Of a stretch of 17,415 nt of DNA, positions 15,416 to 17,415 are shown one piece after another; the first letter of the stretch is position 1; the number at the start of each line of letters is the position of its first letter. The stretch lies in assembly GCA_017550305.1 (NCBI GenBank), contig JAFZPO010000220.1, forward strand, positions 1 through 17,415, in the 5' to 3' direction. The translations under genes were made by a program, and so were the position numbers. The notes beneath the pieces were generated by a model that worked only from the letters and a program-made list of their open reading frames with translations, had not been told where the DNA came from and searched no databases. The stretch comes from Clostridia bacterium (GTDB taxonomy: Bacteria; Bacillota; Clostridia; Christensenellales; Aristaeellaceae).

Positions 15416-15506
15416 ATGCGTATAAAATAAATCTGCAATTTTTTTGTATTTGGAATGTATTTTGACTTGACGGACGGTGCTGCCATGCGTATAATTCTGC
15501 GTATAA
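15416..15506 (+). promoter_or_regulatory. Three copies of TGCGTATAA around the SBP promoter; candidate regulator binding sites
   Basis: ATGCGTATAA at 15416-15425 and 15485-15494, and CTGCGTATAA at 15497-15506. Copies 2 and 3 are direct repeats 12 bp apart, overlapping the -10 and the predicted TSS. Confidence 0.35.
15467..15495 (+). promoter_or_regulatory. Near-consensus sigmaA promoter for the solute-binding protein gene
   Basis: TTGACG (15467-15472), 17 nt, TATAAT (15490-15495). GGAGG at 15532-15536 lies 7 nt before ATG 15544. Confidence 0.6.
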
Positions 15507-15543
15507 CGTCGGATCGACGAAAAAACGTAGGGGAGGAAAACCT

Positions 15544-17415
15544 ATGAAGAAGTTATTTGCAATGATTCTGGTACTGGCGCTTGTACTGACCAGCTGGACT
15601 ATGATGGCTTCCGCTGATGAGATCAAGGATTTCCGCGATTACCAGACGGTCAACAATGAGATGGAGACGTTCTGCTATCAGTATTCGCAGAAGGCACTGG
15701 ACCTGAACGTACTGAGCAACTGCTATGACCATCTGCTGACCAACCTGCCCAACGGCGGCCTTGCTCCGGCAGTAGCCACCGATTGGTACACCGAAGACGG
15801 CAGCGTGTCCTGGACCTTTGTCCTGCGCGATGACGTCAAGTGGGTAGACTATGAAGGCAACTATAAGGCTGATGTGGTCGCTGAAGACTTCGCGACCGGC
15901 CTTGAGTGGGTCCTGAACTACCACAAGAATGCTGCGGCGAACACCTCGATGCCCATCCAGATGATCAAGGGCGCCGGCGAGTACTATGACTATACCAAAG
16001 ATCTGCCGGAAGATGAGGGCAAGGCGCTGCTTCTGGACAAGTTCTATGAGATGGTCGGCTGCGCGGTTGACGGCAACAAGATCACCTTCACCTGCATCGA
16101 TGCCACCCCGTGGTTCCCGACCCTGGCCTGCTACAACTGCCTGGCTCCCATCAGCGCCAAGCTGATTGAGGAGATTGGTGTGGACGGCTACTTCGGCGCG
16201 GACAACACCACGATCTGGTACAATGGTCCTTACACCATCACCTATTTCGCGCATGGCAATGAAAAGATCCTGACCAAGAACCCGATGTACTACAATACCG
16301 AAGCGAAGCTGTTCGACACCGTCACCATCAAGATGGTCGATGACCTGAACGTAGCTTTCACGATGTTCACCGCCGGCGAGCTTGATTACGTCGAACTGAC
16401 CGAGTCCGAGATCGCCACCATCTCCAATCCTGACAATGAGTGGAATGCCTACATGGTTCCCACCCGTCAGACCAAGTACAGCTACAACTGGAAGTGGAAC
16501 TACGCGAAGAACAACGAAGACGGCACGCCCGATGTGAACTGGAATACCGCCATCGCCAACGAGAACTTCCGTCTCTCCATGTACTACGGCCTGGATATGA
16601 CCAACTATCTGGCCCGTACCAACAGCCTGGATCCGCTCTCCCTGCAGAACTATGCTTACACCGCCCGCAACCTGGTTGCTAAGAGCGACGGTACCGAGTA
16701 TACGCAGATCGTTCTGGATCTCCTGGGCATTGATATGAGCGACCTGAGCACCTACATCCGTTACGATGCGGACAAGGCTGCCGATTACAAGGCAAAGGCT
16801 ATCGAAGAGCTGACCGCTAAGGGCGTCACCTTCCCCGTTGAGCTTGACTGGTACATTTCCGGTTCCAGCCAGGTGGCTAAGGACACTGCCGACGTGCTGG
16901 CTCAGATCTTTGCTGACTGCCTGGGCACCGACTACATCAACTTTGTCACCAAGACCTATGTCAGCAACTTCACTCAGGAAGTCCGCAACCCGAGGCTGCA
17001 TTCTGTAGCTTCCAGCGGCTGGGGCGCTGACTATGCTGACCCGATCAACTTCATCGGTCAGGAAATCATCAACGATGATAACGCCTTCTATGCCAACAGC
17101 TACACCAACGCGAACGATATCACGGATCCCGATCTGTATGCTGAGTACGAAGAGTTCACCCGCCTGACCAACGAAGCGCATGCGATCACGGCTGATATCG
17201 ATGCCCGCTATGATGCTCTGGCCAAGGCTGAAGCCTACCTGATCGAGCACGTGCTGGCGCTGCCGACCTACTACAACAAGACCTGGCAGCTGACCTGCGT
17301 CAATGATTCCACCAAGATCTACTCCCTGTACGGCGTGCAGTCCCAGCGCTACATCAACTGGGAGACCAACGATGCGATCTACACCGCTGATGAATACGCC
17401 GAGTTTCTGAAGTAA
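15544..17415 (+). CDS. ABC transporter substrate-binding protein, family 5 (peptide/oligopeptide, OppA-like)
   Basis: N-terminal signal peptide MKKLFAMILVLALVLTSWTMMASA/DE. The stretch PAVATDWYTEDGSVSWTFVLRDDVKWVDYEG is typical of family-5 SBPs. Length is 623 aa. The TAA stop forms the last three bases of the window. Confidence 0.88.
   Translation: MKKLFAMILVLALVLTSWTMMASADEIKDFRDYQTVNNEMETFCYQYSQKALDLNVLSNCYDHLLTNLPNGGLAPAVATDWYTEDGSVSWTFVLRDDVKWVDYEGNYKADVVAEDFATGLEWVLNYHKNAAANTSMPIQMIKGAGEYYDYTKDLPEDEGKALLLDKFYEMVGCAVDGNKITFTCIDATPWFPTLACYNCLAPISAKLIEEIGVDGYFGADNTTIWYNGPYTITYFAHGNEKILTKNPMYYNTEAKLFDTVTIKMVDDLNVAFTMFTAGELDYVELTESEIATISNPDNEWNAYMVPTRQTKYSYNWKWNYAKNNEDGTPDVNWNTAIANENFRLSMYYGLDMTNYLARTNSLDPLSLQNYAYTARNLVAKSDGTEYTQIVLDLLGIDMSDLSTYIRYDADKAADYKAKAIEELTAKGVTFPVELDWYISGSSQVAKDTADVLAQIFADCLGTDYINFVTKTYVSNFTQEVRNPRLHSVASSGWGADYADPINFIGQEIINDDNAFYANSYTNANDITDPDLYAEYEEFTRLTNEAHAITADIDARYDALAKAEAYLIEHVLALPTYYNKTWQLTCVNDSTKIYSLYGVQSQRYINWETNDAIYTADEYAEFLK

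Noticed and set aside
15350-15430. 26-codon ORF MNCKSRKWIFETKKFQKCPLCNMRIK with a CxxC motif in the AT-rich intergenic region
   Set aside because: It has no SD and lies upstream of the SBP promoter, overlapping the divergent promoter. The Lys-rich composition is what AT-rich non-coding DNA yields.
15553-17250. 565-aa antisense ORF opposite the solute-binding protein gene
   Set aside because: The plus-strand frame has a consensus promoter, SD, signal peptide and family-5 SBP motifs. The antisense translation is repetitive G/V/D/I/Q-rich with no start context.
1-17415. CRISPR arrays, tRNA/rRNA genes, riboswitch-length leaders, IS elements or integrases
   Set aside because: All intergenic regions are 230 bp or shorter and are accounted for by promoters and SDs. 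Predicted 5' UTRs are about 15-65 nt. I saw no repeat-spacer periodicity, terminal inverted repeats or recombinase motifs.

Overview
This is a gene-dense, GC-rich chromosomal segment with strong GGAGG-type Shine-Dalgarno sites. That is compatible with a high-GC Firmicute/Clostridia-like genome, but taxonomy cannot be established from the sequence alone. I support 14 CDSs, called by motif recognition only (no searches run).

- **(i) Edge gene:** a minus-strand gene (1-1186), truncated by the window edge and missing from the supplied ORF track. It encodes a membrane-anchored protein with a ~105-aa Pro/Thr linker that includes a perfect (TP)15.
- **(ii) Plus-strand operon:** five tightly coupled genes, GT2/GtrA fusion - lepA - prfA - GNAT - topB (1411-8070). 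It has one sigmaA-like promoter and ends at a hairpin shared with the converging operon.
- **(iii) Minus-strand cluster:** MoxR AAA+ ATPase - DUF58 - TgpA-like transglutaminase (13805-9444), followed after 35 nt by an ECF sigma / zf-HC2 anti-sigma pair (9390-8088).
- **(iv) Remaining genes:** an alpha/beta hydrolase, a small three-helix membrane protein, and a family-5 (OppA-like) ABC solute-binding protein that ends exactly at the window end.

I found no rRNA, tRNA, CRISPR array, transposase/integrase or recognisable defence gene. Most of the window looks like ordinary core genome.

The best candidate for something under-described is the MoxR-DUF58-transglutaminase triad, whose function is biochemically unassigned. 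It is physically linked to an ECF sigma/anti-sigma pair. An ECF-type motif (TGTAAC-N16-CGTC) sits in front of the sigma gene, and a near-copy (TGTAAT-N16-CGTA) sits in front of moxR. Secondary leads:
- the divergent pairing of the P/T-linker surface protein with a polyprenyl-phosphate-sugar GT2/GtrA fusion;
- a triple TGCGTATAA motif over the solute-binding-protein promoter.

All functional links are inference.
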